NCBI GenBank assembly: GCA_973851085.1
Contig: OZ316775.1
Location: 8,184,001-8,248,000, forward strand
Length of the DNA stretch: 64,000 nucleotides
Direction: 5' to 3'
Source of the DNA: Ptychomitrium polyphyllum
Taxonomy: Eukaryota
Position 1 is the stretch's first letter, and each line of letters opens with the position of its first letter. Positions 1 to 12,295 of this stretch are shown here, piece after piece. The position numbers and the translations under genes are program-made. The notes below the pieces were generated by a model, which was not told the DNA's origin, made no database searches, and saw nothing but the letters and a program-made list of their open reading frames with translations.

Positions 1-70
1 GTAAACCAACTGTTCACTACATTTGACATGCTGTACATTACTGAATACAGATCAACAAAGAAAAACTCAC

Positions 71-1853
71 CTTCAAAAATCGAGATGTGATGTCAGCAGC
101 CATCCCAAGGAGCTTGGGACTTGCTGCAATTGCTGTAATTGTGCAGATGCACTCATACAAGATGGCATTGCTTATATTTGTGGCAGGTTCGCCTTTACCA
201 GGCTCGCATCTTTTGAGAACCTCCCACAACACACTGTACATGTTCTCACTCGTATGCCTGTCCCCTGCCCCTAGCAAAGCCAAGATTTTCAAAATCTTGA
301 TCTGCACCCAGCACATAAGAGCATTAGAGACTCGAACGGACCAATACTAAAATGGGGCAGAAACTTGAAAAACTGCAATTGGATGGAACAACAACACTAA
401 AATACTTAAAAAAGACAACAAGAAAACCAATTTCATCCTGAACAAACGTACGTTCAGTTCTCGAAACTTGATATCAATGTCCATCACACGATCTACAACT
501 ATAACTCGTAAGTGCTAGACGTATAAATTGCAGGCAACCCTAGAGGAGCCACAAATCTTTCAATTCAGAAACACTAAACGCAATGTAGCGTCCGACTTGA
601 AAAAGTTAGTCAATGCAAATTGAGCACCTGTACAAAAGGAGCTGGCGTACGATGATAATCATATGCCTTAGGGAGCCGGTGCTCTGCTACTTGCTTGAGA
701 ATACTCACAAAGCTGGCCGTAAGATTTTTGAATGCTTTTACATCCGATGAGACCAAGTCAAATAGTGCACAGAGTGCTGCACTCATCACACAAGGGTCCT
801 TATCACATAGGATCTGCAGCACCCACATTGAATCTTTAATGAGGAAAATGTAGATCCTGTTGCTAATCACAAGACATTAGAAAATCACTCCAAGCAATCT
901 ATAACAACAGATGCTCATTGATATCAAAGGTAGATTAAAGGTTGATTCTCCAAAGGAGATCAGCCTTCAAAGTACAATCTGAAGATTATGAAAAATACTG
1001 ACTCCCAAAAAAGGTAATCATTCAAGGTAACCTACCTGTCGAAACTTTGTGAGAAGATGAGACACCGAACTTGGAGAGCGTTGGTGAAATCTGTGCAATG
1101 CCATAACAGCCTTCTTCCTCACATGTTCCTTGGGGTGCCCCAACAAGTCGACAACTTGTGGCAACACGGCAGGAATAGTCTCTTCATTGATAAGCTTACA
1201 CACAGCTGTAAGAGCAGCAGAAACAATAAGATAATTATCTGACTTCAAATCCTTCTGGATAGTGTTGATGATAAGGATAATAAGATTGTGATCTTCGTTA
1301 AGGAACAAAGTCGTAGCGAGATAACCACTCTTTTTACACAAAAGATTGTCATCATGAGTCATTTTGACAGCATAGATGTAGCCAAAGGACGCATCATGAC
1401 CAAGCATCTCTACATACACAAGCCGAATAATGTATTCCTTCATTTTCTTGCGCGGTACATCGGGTTCCATAATCCTCTTTTTAAGTGATTCAACCTCTGC
1501 CAACACGATACGCTCCTCCTCCGCCTTTGACTTGGCTTCTCCAATTGCCTTAACAAGATCTAAAAAATCTTTGGAGGAACCCCAACTCCCTTGACTGCCC
1601 ATGGCAAGATCTCTTCCTATTGTCTTTAACTGGTCAACTGTGCCTTGTGACCTGCTTTTCACTCCAAAAATATTAAATTATAAATGCCACAACCTAAATC
1701 CAGTCGGGAAAAAGAAGTACACTGAAACAACTCAGAAAAAGGTGCATGGATGAAATAACTCGAAGCGACTACTACCACTCAAGATGGATAACGTTGAGAA
1801 TCTCACCCTTGCTTAAAAGCCTTCTTCACGATATCTGCCGCCCACGACTCCAT
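71..1853 (-). CDS. AP4E: AP-4 adaptor complex subunit epsilon, 5' part; gene continues past the window start. Coding exons 1853-1807, 1651-1036, 813-628, 301-71
   Basis: Translation DQLKTIGRDLAMGSQGSWGSSKDFLDLVKAIGEAKSKAEEERIV...KEYIIRLVYVEMLGHDASFGYI...LPKAYDYHRTPAPFVQIKILKILALLG matches the plant epsilon-adaptin N-terminus. GT-AG junctions join the four exons in frame. Confidence 0.93.
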
Positions 1854-4800
1854 AGCAGCCCTGCAATATCATACATTCGAACATTACCAACCACAAACAC
1901 GTCCTAGTCGTTCTAGAAAATCTTGATAATCCAAGTGATTTCTAGTGCCGACAGCTATATTGAAAAAAACTGTAAATAATAAAATTAGTTGATATGTCGC
2001 AATCCAGGAATCTAAGAATCAGCACAGTTATTCGAACTCGTAGACATGTGTATTTACATTGTCCTCATGCTTTCTTTCATGATACTATACTTAACCACGG
2101 TGTTCTTTAAGCTTCCACCAATCAGCTTGTCAAAACTTCTTGTGCATAATTACAGGCCAATCTCTTTAACTGTTTTCAAACTCTTGTGGTTGAACAATAG
2201 GCTTCTCAGGCTTATCCATAGAATTCAAAACTTCCCGAAGCCCGTCCTCAGCGCTGGAACCAATTTAATCATGTTACCAATCCTCAGCTCGTCTTGTTTC
2301 AAAGCAATACATTTTACAATAATCTCGGTAGTTATGAGTTCAAGTCATACGATATACTCTAAACCTTGACGTGACCTGCATTACTGCACCTTTGACAATT
2401 CTTCAATTTTGACAAGCCTAGGGTTGAATTCTCTCCCTTACACTCTTCAACGGGATTCAAACACCTCGCACTTTGTGGGAAAAAAACCAAGAGAAGGTAA
2501 CAGAATTCGTAGCTGGAGAAGGAAGCTACCAGTTAGCAGAGTGACAAGCAAAACCAACTGCAGGGATTCATGAAAATTATCTGCCAATTGAATTGACACT
2601 TCAATGATCCTCATTCAACCATCGCGATGTTAGGTTACTAGTCTTTAAAATTAGCTTCTTCTCTGTCAAGCGAAGCCCAAGACAAGCAGAAAATGAGCAC
2701 AAAACCCACCTCGTGAACACCCGTCAAACACTCCACAAAGGAATCACTGCTTCAAAATCAAGAATCTCGGCTAAGACCACAGCTTCATTTAGCCATCCAC
2801 AGTTCCCAATCTCCTCTCACCACAGGTTTACTGATCGACCCTTTCACCATAGAATCTGCAACAACCAACCTCAAAGATCTCATCAACATTCACCACTGCC
2901 TGATACTATAACCACACCTATTTTCAAATGCAACCGAATCCACACCTTCCACACAAACACCTCTAAGTTCTCTGAATAGTGAAACCCTAAGTTCTCCATC
3001 ATCCCAACAAGCGCCAAAGGGAACTCAAAACCTCAATTCAATCCTCAAGAAAACCACATAGACTGCTATCACTGCTCTCATCATCCAATCCACCACCGCG
3101 ATCTAAAAATCCAACTCGAAAAAAAGGAGAAAAAAACACACCCCACACTCGCCTTACCCTACCTCTCACCACAGAACCTCCCAAAATCACCCAAATCACC
3201 AAAACTCAACCAAAGATCCTTCAAAACCTCGGAAATGAAAAACTCCAGATCTTTCTCATGGGATCCTCGCACTTCCACAACCGCAGTGATGAAATTCGCC
3301 CCAACCTCTCAGTCCAGCTCAACGCTGGCACCCTCCAACATGCGAAAAGCTTCCAAATCTCTGAGACAAAACCGATCAAACTTTGCAAAAACGGACACTG
3401 CTCTATTGCGGTCTCATCTTGGAAATCTTGAGATCAAGCTCCGCTTTGCCTTGACCTCCACTCCGCAAGTGTGTCGATGAGATTCTCATTGCAGTCACGT
3501 TGTTGGTGACAGCTTTGCTTTGCACAAGTGCAGCCCACACTGCCACACTGCCACACTGCCACCCCAACCAAGGCACTCTGATCTAGACATTCCCTAGATT
3601 TCGCCCGGAATTTCGTAGATTGGGCTGCCCTGAGGATGTGCAAAGAGAGAAGCCGCGGAATGGGCTCTAAATCTAGGATTAGTTTACATGGGGTGTATGC
3701 GGGGAGGGTAGTATAGGCTGGTATACGAGCCACCAGCGATGGGGTGTTGGGTATCATAGTATGGTTTACTGGTAGTGTAATGTAATGGAAAGGTGATCTA
3801 GAGTGAGACTCTAAGAAGTCTTGTAGTAAAATATAGGTGAAATGCTTATAATGCCACTGTTAGTGTAAGATAGAGCAAGGGTACATTGTTTGATAGGATA
3901 AGAATTTTTATATTTGTGTTGTATGTTTTGTGAAGTTATGGTTTAAATGTGGTAAAAAGATGCTTTGTTTCTGTGATGATTTTTCCAATTTACTATTCTT
4001 TTTTCTTTAAAACCTTGAAATTTTTATTGAAATATTAGATAATTTGATAAAACTTTAATAAAGAAGGATATATAAGTTTGTTGATTTCCTTAAGACATTT
4101 GAGAAATGATCAAACTAAAAATTACTAAGATTGTTTCTTAATAAATGTAATTAGAAATTATATTTATATTGTATTGTTGATTCAGTTGGCTAATAGTTGA
4201 AAAAGTTGTGCATAAAAATAACAACCATAGTGATTTCAATGAATTTAATGAAAATTACATTAGTTTGTTTAGAAATTTTTACATCCATATGAAAATCAAA
4301 ATCCTTATATATTTGAGTTTTAATACAAATTTTTAGTACAAATATATATATATATATATACTTATGATCAAATGTGCATTTAAGAAAGTCGGAGCATCTT
4401 TTAGTTGCACAATCTTTGATTCAATTGAAATTATTCCAAAAGTAATACAATTTATAAAATATAAGACATTTTTGAATGTCAATACATTTTTTTTATTACA
4501 TTGTTTATTATTACATTGAATGTACTTAAAATAATGGTATGATTGAGTATTTTATAATAATTAATCAAAAAAAGATGTTGAATCATCTTAAAATGTAGGT
4601 TTATATTATCTCTTTTAAGAATTTAACAACCTTGTACAACATATAATATTACAAAATTTTAAAATACTATTGGTTGAATATATTTATTTATTTATATCTT
4701 TAAGAAGTGATAGAATGAATTCATCAACATAAACACAAGTAAACACTAATCATTATTTCTACACAATATTTATTATCATTTGTTTTACATAATGTCAAAG

Positions 4801-5489
4801 ATACAAGAAATAAAAAAAGATACAAAGTAATTTTTAAGTATTAGCTTCCAAAAAACTAATAATTAACACAAATTGATGCAAAGACTAAAACAAAAGCAAA
4901 ACACAATATGATCTACAACTTGTGCTGGCAAGACTATAATATACCTTATTATGCCTCCTATTTATATTGTGACTCTTGCATTTTGTGGGATATTTCTGAA
5001 GAAGCTACTTATGAAGCTTAAAAATGTTCTAAAAGTCTATACAACCTTTTACAAAATTATTTCAAGAAGTGAAACCTTTTTAAGAAGTTTTCCAAAGAGA
5101 TGGAACCTTCTTAAGAAATTTTTCAATAATTGGAATGGCTATGAAGCATTGAAAATAATCTAAGAACTTATTATAATGTACTACAAGGTTTTAAACAATT
5201 TAAAAACCTATGCTACATGATCCATGTCGCTGACATAATCTCTCCCTTTTACAATGAATCCTATAAGAACTTCTTGTTGTGGCTTACTCATTGCATGTCT
5301 ACAAATTCCAAATTTATAAAAGAAGAAAACAACATATTTTTCTTGTTCTTCTTTGCCCACTCATCCAACAAGTCCTCACAAAAAGCACTAGTGACCACCG
5401 GCTAAGACTTATATTATTGAAATGTCTTAATCCAAGATCTGATCTTGAATAAGTCCTTCAAAATATCTTCCAAACAAAGCCTTTGGTCA

Positions 5490-6088
5490 AGTCATAGACA
5501 TAGATCATGCAATATAATCTTTGGAACCTTCTAGAATTTTTTATTCTACAATAATAGCTTCTTAGAATACTTTCAATGTCTCCATAACCGTTTCCACCTC
5601 TTCAAAAAACTTCCTAGGAAGATTCTACTTCTTTGAAAAACTTCCTAAGAAGGTTCCACCACCTTCAAAAAAATTTAGGGACAATTCCACATCAATGGAA
5701 AACTTCCTAAAAAGGTTTTATCTCTTTGGAAACTTTTTAAGAAGGTTCCATCACCTTCAAAAACTTTTAGGGAAGGTTCCAGCTCCTTGAAAGATTCTTA
5801 GGAAGGTTCCCTCATCTTGGAAAACTTCTTAGGAAGGTTCCATAGACTTCTAGAACATTCTTATGCCTTGTAAGAAGCTTTTTTATAAATATCTTAGGAG
5901 ATACAAGAGTCATAGTATAAATAGGAGGCAAGATAAGATATACCTTAGTCTTGCCACACAGGTTGTGGATAATATTGTATTTTGCCTTGCTCTAGTCTTT
6001 GTATCAATTCTTGTTAATCATTAGCTCTTTAAAAACTAATTCTTGGAAAGCACTTCGTTTTTGCTTCTTATTTCTTGTGTCTTTAATA
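5490..6088 (+). mobile_element. Solo LTR of the same gypsy family, in inverted orientation, in the 3' region of the old element
   Basis: Reverse-complement match to the young LTR (gtcatagacatagatcatgc...tataaataggaggcaag...tttcttgtgtctttaata). Host sequence resumes on both sides; degenerate flanks GGTCA and AGTCT. Confidence 0.85.
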
Positions 6089-8503
6089 AGTCTTCTAAGA
6101 GTGATTCTTCCAACTTCTAACAAAATGACTAAAGCTTGAGCATCTAAATTAAAACTAAAGCATGAAAGGCAACTTTCTAATACTTCTACACAAAGTTGCA
6201 CTTGACGTTGGGGTATCTTTATCATATCTTGTCTTAAATCGTTTAATGTTGAAGGTTGAAAAAATTGAGTTGATTTGATAGGTATTGCCATCAAAGAAGG
6301 TAGAGCCATCTAAACTTCACACGTATACATGATAACAAAAAGACTTGATATACTAGTTTGGATCTAGAAATGATCTATCTTGAAAATATTATTGCATACA
6401 ATTGAAGGTTGGCTATTGTTTTTTCCTTCTTATACTTGTCTATGAAAAAATCTTCTTTATGAAGCTAATAGCTATTGATGTATCTTGACACATCAGCAAC
6501 AATTTGATTTTTGATGATATCTTTGATGAGATGTACATACCTTGTTAGATGCATTCGTCACATTCATTGAAGGTTCCTATGTTCGATCATTGATGTTATG
6601 TTCTTGCCAATGTATAAGGTACTCCACGTGTCCATTTTTTATGCGTGAATGTAAAATCTCTTCAATTTCATATTCCATTTCATTATTATTTTCCATCAAA
6701 AAAGGCCAAAGAACGGTTCTCCTTGGTATATACAATTTATTGTAGATTTCTAACAATAATACATAAAATATTTAATGAATCTGCATGGTTGATAGAAGCT
6801 TAACGCGATAACTAATTGGATTTATCTGTTTGATGGTTTCAAATGACTCAAGCCTTTGATAATCCATTTTTTTTGACGGATTTTTTATTTTTCTAGTTTG
6901 TCATAAGAGCCATATGCTATTTCCAACCTTGAATTTTGGATGGTCTTTCCAATCATAATCTATAAGAATTTTGTATCAATTTTTGAGCTTGTTGTAATCG
7001 GAAAAAAAAGTCTTAGTGGATTTTAACTAATTGAATTATAAAATCTTCTATTGCAAGACTTCCAATATACTTCACTTGAAATGGATTTACTCAAGGATGA
7101 TGGCTATAGTCTACAAAGAATGGACTTTGAGTTGTTGAAGAATGCATTATATTGTTGTAAGCAAACTATGATAAAGGTAAGTAGTCCATCCACTTATCTT
7201 ATTGGTAGTTTATATTGCAACAAAGGTATTGTTCCAAAATTGATTCATATATTTGAGTAGACCATCCGTTTGCAAATGATGTGCTAAAAAAAGATTCATC
7301 TTTGCACGCAATAGCTGTTATAGTGCCCTCCAAAAGTTGGCAATGAATTGCCGCCCTTGATCAGATACATCATCATTTGGTAGTTTATATATGGAATAAT
7401 TAAAATTTATGAACAACTTGGCAGTTTCTTCTTTTATTACCATCTTGTTTCATGAAACGAAATGCGCTATCTTGGTGAAGCAGTCCAACACTATTGAGAG
7501 AGAGTGCTTAAAATTGGAACTGGAGAGATTAAGATAAAATTTATTGACAATGACAACCATGGACCCTTTGGCACTAAAAGAAGATGGGAGTAACCATGAG
7601 GTTGGTGTCTTGGTACCTTGACTCTTGCGCAAGTATTGCATGATCAAACAAAGTCCTTCATATATTTCCATATTTGTAGCCACCAATAGCCACTAGCAAT
7701 CAACTCCATTGTTTTATTCAATTCAAAATGCCTTGCTGCTAGAAAATCATGGCATGCTTGAAGGATCTTCAATTATAAAGGTTCTGGAGATAGGCACAAA
7801 AGTTCTTTTTAATAAAATACGCTTTTTTAGAATTCAAAGTGTTCATTAAAATTCAAAAGACTTTTGTGGTCTTTGAAGCGCTTTTTCATATTAGAAACAT
7901 AGATATCATTCCTAAAAGCCTTCTGAATTTCAAATCAAAAGGCCTCCACTTCCAAATAAAAATATTTTAATGGATTTTAATGAATATATATAAAAACCAA
8001 CATAAATGACTATCTAAGATTTTGAAATGTTTCTTTTATTCCTTCATTTAAAGTAAATTTTTGCTTCTCCGTAAATTGCATCAATAATGCCGCAATCTTG
8101 GAATAATCTTTGATGAATATCTTATAGTAATTTACAAATTCCAAAAAGCATTGAACTTTTTGTAATTAATCTTGGCATACACCACTCCATGACATTGCTT
8201 ATTTTTCTCATTCATATGGATTTCTTCTTTGGAAATGATATAGTCTAAGATTTCAATTGAATTTATAAAAAATGCACTTTTCCAATTTGGCATATAATCA
8301 TGGGTGGCGTGGTTTTTCTAAGACCAGTTGTACATGACATTTATCATCTTGTTCATCCTTTGAATATATCAAAATGTCATTTAAGTATATGATTACAAAA
8401 TTGTCCAAATGTTAATGGAAGATATCATTCATCATGTGTTTGAAGACTGTAGGAGCATTAGTAAGGCCAAAAGGTATAACAGTGTATTCAAAATGGCCAT
8501 ACC

Positions 8504-8862
8504 TGTTACAGACAGAGTAATTATAAGACAAGGCTTTGAGATTCCAAGATGTGGAACAAGATATGTCCAAGGTATATTATAAGTAAAGAGTTATAACAAG
8601 ATATAAAGACAAGGCCAAAAGATCTGAGCTAGACCACAAAAAATGCATTGTCAAGGCTGAAGGTCCTTTCAGTTTTAACTCTTATATATATTAGAATTAC
8701 AAGCTTTAGAAGCTTCTTGGGAAGCTTCTACTACATTGTTTTGTACTCAAGCAACTTTGAATTGCTTCCTTGGAAGCTTCTCAAGCCAAGGTAATTTCCT
8801 TGGAAGCTTTCTAAACCTTCTAAAAACCTTTCTAAATGCTTCTAATATGTATGTCCGTAACA
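8504..8862. mobile_element. Solo LTR (359 bp) of a different family, inserted in the RT region of the old element
   Basis: Inverted termini TGTTACAGAC...GTCCGTAACA. Flanks ATACC and ATATT fit a 5-bp TSD with C>T decay (young copy reads ATACC). Host RT resumes after it. Confidence 0.8.
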
Positions 8863-9450
8863 ATATTTAAATCAAAAGGCTATCTTTCATTCGTTTCTTT
8901 CTTTGATATGACCAAGGTTATAGGCTCCTCTAAAGTCAATTATAGTGAACATCTTTACTTGGCCAAGTTGTTGTAGGAGTCTTTAGATTAATGGTATTGG
9001 ATAATAATTCTTCTTAGCCACTTTATTGAAGCCTCAATAGTCCAAATACATATGTAATGATCCATCATTCTTCTTTACAAATATGATGGATGCTTTAAAA
9101 GATAATTTGGAATGTTAGATGAAGCCCTTTCCAAGGTTTTCATCAATACATCCTCTCAAAGCACTCAACTTAATTTGTAATAAGTTATAAATAGGTTCAA
9201 AAGGTGATTGGGTTCCTTCTTGCAATTCAATGGCACAATTTTAAGGCCAATGCTTTGGTAAAATGTCCGCATACTTCTTCTAAAAAATGACTTATAAATT
9301 TAGTATTGATGAAATATGCCTTGATTAATCTCTTGTATAAAGCCAAACATTGACAAGGCATAAATGGCATAGATTGGTTTATCTTTTGCTACTCTCATGA
9401 ATACTTTAGCTCCAATCAATGATGATTAAAGATTTTTCATATCTTAATAT

Positions 9451-10592
9451 TGTCATGATGTGTTTAATTGTATAGTTTAAATTTAGCTATTATTTATTAT
9501 TCTATGGATTATAATTAGGAAAAAATTATTAAAAATTAAAAAAAATTGGTTAAAAGGGTTGTCGTGAAATTACAATTTTATTTGTTTTGGAACTGAAACC
9601 GCATTTTGTCTTAACTCAAGATGAATATACCAATTAATTGTTGTTTTTCCCTTGCCTGCCATTTTTGCTAACAATACCAAGCTAAATGTTGCCGTTATAT
9701 TCAACAAATTTGACAAGAATCAAACTCTAATCAATTCAAAAGCTAAAACTTATCAAACCAATCAAGTTCATTACTTGGTGTTTAACCCAACTTTAATAAT
9801 AACTTTATTTTTAGTTTCTTTTCCTTTTTCTACTTTGGATTTATAAATGTTAGTATTGTTTTTTTTTATAGTTTGAAATTGATATAAAAAGATAAAAGAC
9901 AAATGTGGTCATTTAACCTCTGCTTTTTTCTTCTCTCTCGACCTCTTTTACTTGTATAATACGCAATCCTTCTTTTAGCAATATTTCATTATACACTTCT
10001 TCATTTGAATTGATATTTTTTAATGTTTTTTTCTCTTGTAAGATCTTCAAAAAGCCATTACACGCTCCGTTTGAAATTAGTATGTGATCATGGCGCTAGT
10101 TTAAATAATGTTAAATTAATTGCTTTAAGTTTTGAAGAGCTGCTAGTTTAAGAGCTTATATTTTTGAATACAAATGGATTTTTATGATGAAATTTTTAAT
10201 AATTAATATTTTTATTATTTCGAAGTGATGGTGTAATAGTTTAGAGAATAAAAAGCTTTTATAATAGAAGATATAAAAGAAAGTGTAACCGGGACTTTGA
10301 GAACTAATATTAAATAGAGTTTAGGTACCACGTTTTGATTGATAGAAGGAGTTAAAAGACGAGTTTGAGTGTGAAATTTCACGGTTTATAATTAATAAGA
10401 TAATTGAGGCATGTATCAAATTTAAAGTTTTAATTCAAAGTTATGAAGGAGATATAAAAACTAAAAGTGGCAAATGTATAAAATCAATGGCAATGGATAG
10501 AAATCTATATTATACCATTGTGTTATTTGTTGAATGATTAATAGCAGCCAGAGGCCTAGTGCTTTTTTAAAGTAAGGCTTTTTACCGTGACA
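9451..10592. mobile_element. Probable solo LTR (~1.14 kb) of a third family, inserted between PR and RT of the old element
   Basis: TGTCA...TGACA termini interrupt host sequence that is contiguous in the young copy (ttggcgtcttttcc). Flanks atat and acgt are degenerate. Confidence 0.7.
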
Positions 10593-11025
10593 ACGTCTTT
10601 TCCTTAAGACCACATTATATGAGTGCCAATCAAAGTCTAAATTATATAATTCAAACCAAAAAAGGCCCAAAACAATAGGATTTGTTTAGCATTGAATGAT
10701 ATTGAAGACAATCTCACATGCTTGGTCTTTTAATACAACCTCCAAGGACTAAGTTTCTTCAATAATATTAACAAATGCAAGAGATTGTCCATCAATAATT
10801 TCAATAAATGCAGAATATTTTTTATATACAAGCATTATGTGGTATTTGGTTGCAAAATTCTTATCTATGAAGCATGCCGTTATACTAGTATCCAAAAGAA
10901 CGTTGCCATATATTTTACCATCTAACAATATAATTTTAATAAAAAAAATAAAACAAGAAATAAGGATTGGAGGTAGTAATAGACCTTAACTTGATGATTG
11001 TTCCTTGTGGTTTTCAGTTGCATGG

Positions 11026-11641
11026 TGTTAGGGACACAAGAAACAAGAAGCAGAAACAAAGTATTTCCCAAGAATTAGCTTCCAAAGAGCTAATGATTAA
11101 CAAGAACTTTGATTCAAAGACTAGAACAAGGCAGGATTCAAGATGATCCACAACTTGTGTTGGCAAGACTAAGGAATACCTTGTCTTGCCTCCTATTTAT
11201 ACTAGGACGTTTGTATCTCCTATGATACTTCTAAAGAAGCTTCCTACAAGGCTTAAGAATGTTCTGGAAGTCTAAGGAACCTTCCCAAGAAGTTTCCTAA
11301 GATGTTGGAACCTTCCTAAGTAGCTTCCAAGGAATTGGAACCTTCCTTGGAAGTTTCCTAAGGTAGCGGAACCTTCTTAGGAAGTTTCCTGAAGAGGTAG
11401 AACCTTCATAGGAAGTTTTCTAAGGTGATGGAAGCTTCCTAGGAAGTTTCCTAGGAAGTAACCTAAGATGATAGAACCTTCCTAGGAAGTTTTCTAAGGT
11501 GGAGGAATTTTCCAAGGAAGCTTCCTAAAAACATAAAAAAAACTATGGAGACATCTAAAAGTATTCTAAGAAACTATTCTAGTATACTAGAAGGTTCTAG
11601 AATGTTTTAAGGACTATGTTGCATGATTTATGTCCGTGACA
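11026..11641 (-). repeat. 3' LTR (616 bp) of the young element
   Basis: Near-identical direct repeat of 17036-17681. Confidence 0.96.
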
Positions 11642-11655
11642 TCACCTCCTCTTTT
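11642..11655 (-). promoter_or_regulatory. Polypurine tract
   Basis: Minus-strand AAAAGAGGAGGTGA abuts the TG of the 3' LTR. Confidence 0.85.
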
Positions 11656-12295
11656 AGTGACAAGTCCCATGAGGAGTTGTTTTCTTGGCTTGTTTGTCAC
11701 ATTTCTACAAATTCCAAAATTTGTCAAAGGAGTGAAGCAACATACTCTGCTCGTTGTTCTCTGTTCACTGGCTCAACTGGTCCTTGCAAGGAACGTTGAT
11801 GGCCACCAACCAAGACTTCTGTTGTTGAAATGTCCCATCCCAAGATCTGATCTTGATTAAGTCCTTCAAAACATCCTCCAAACAAGATTTCCGGTCCTCC
11901 AGGGGTGACTCTTCCAATTTCTTAACAGATGACTAAAGCGCGAGCACCTGAATCAAGACTGGAATGTGAAGGGCGACTAGTCAATACTTCTGCACGAGGC
12001 CGTACTCGACGTTGGGATGTCCCTCTCATATCTTGACTTAGATCCTCCGTTACCGAGGGCTGAGAAAGTTGAGTTGGCTCAACAGATGCTGTTGTTGATG
12101 AAGGCATGGCCGACTGCTCTTCACGCATATCCATGATAACACGAAGATTTGACATACTGGCTAGGATCTAGAAATGATCTATCTTGGAAATAACGCTGCA
12201 TACAATTGGAGGTTTAGATATCTCTCCTCCCTTCTTATACTTGTCTATGAAGGAAAAACTTCTCTGTGAAGCTAACGGCTGCTGATGACACATCA

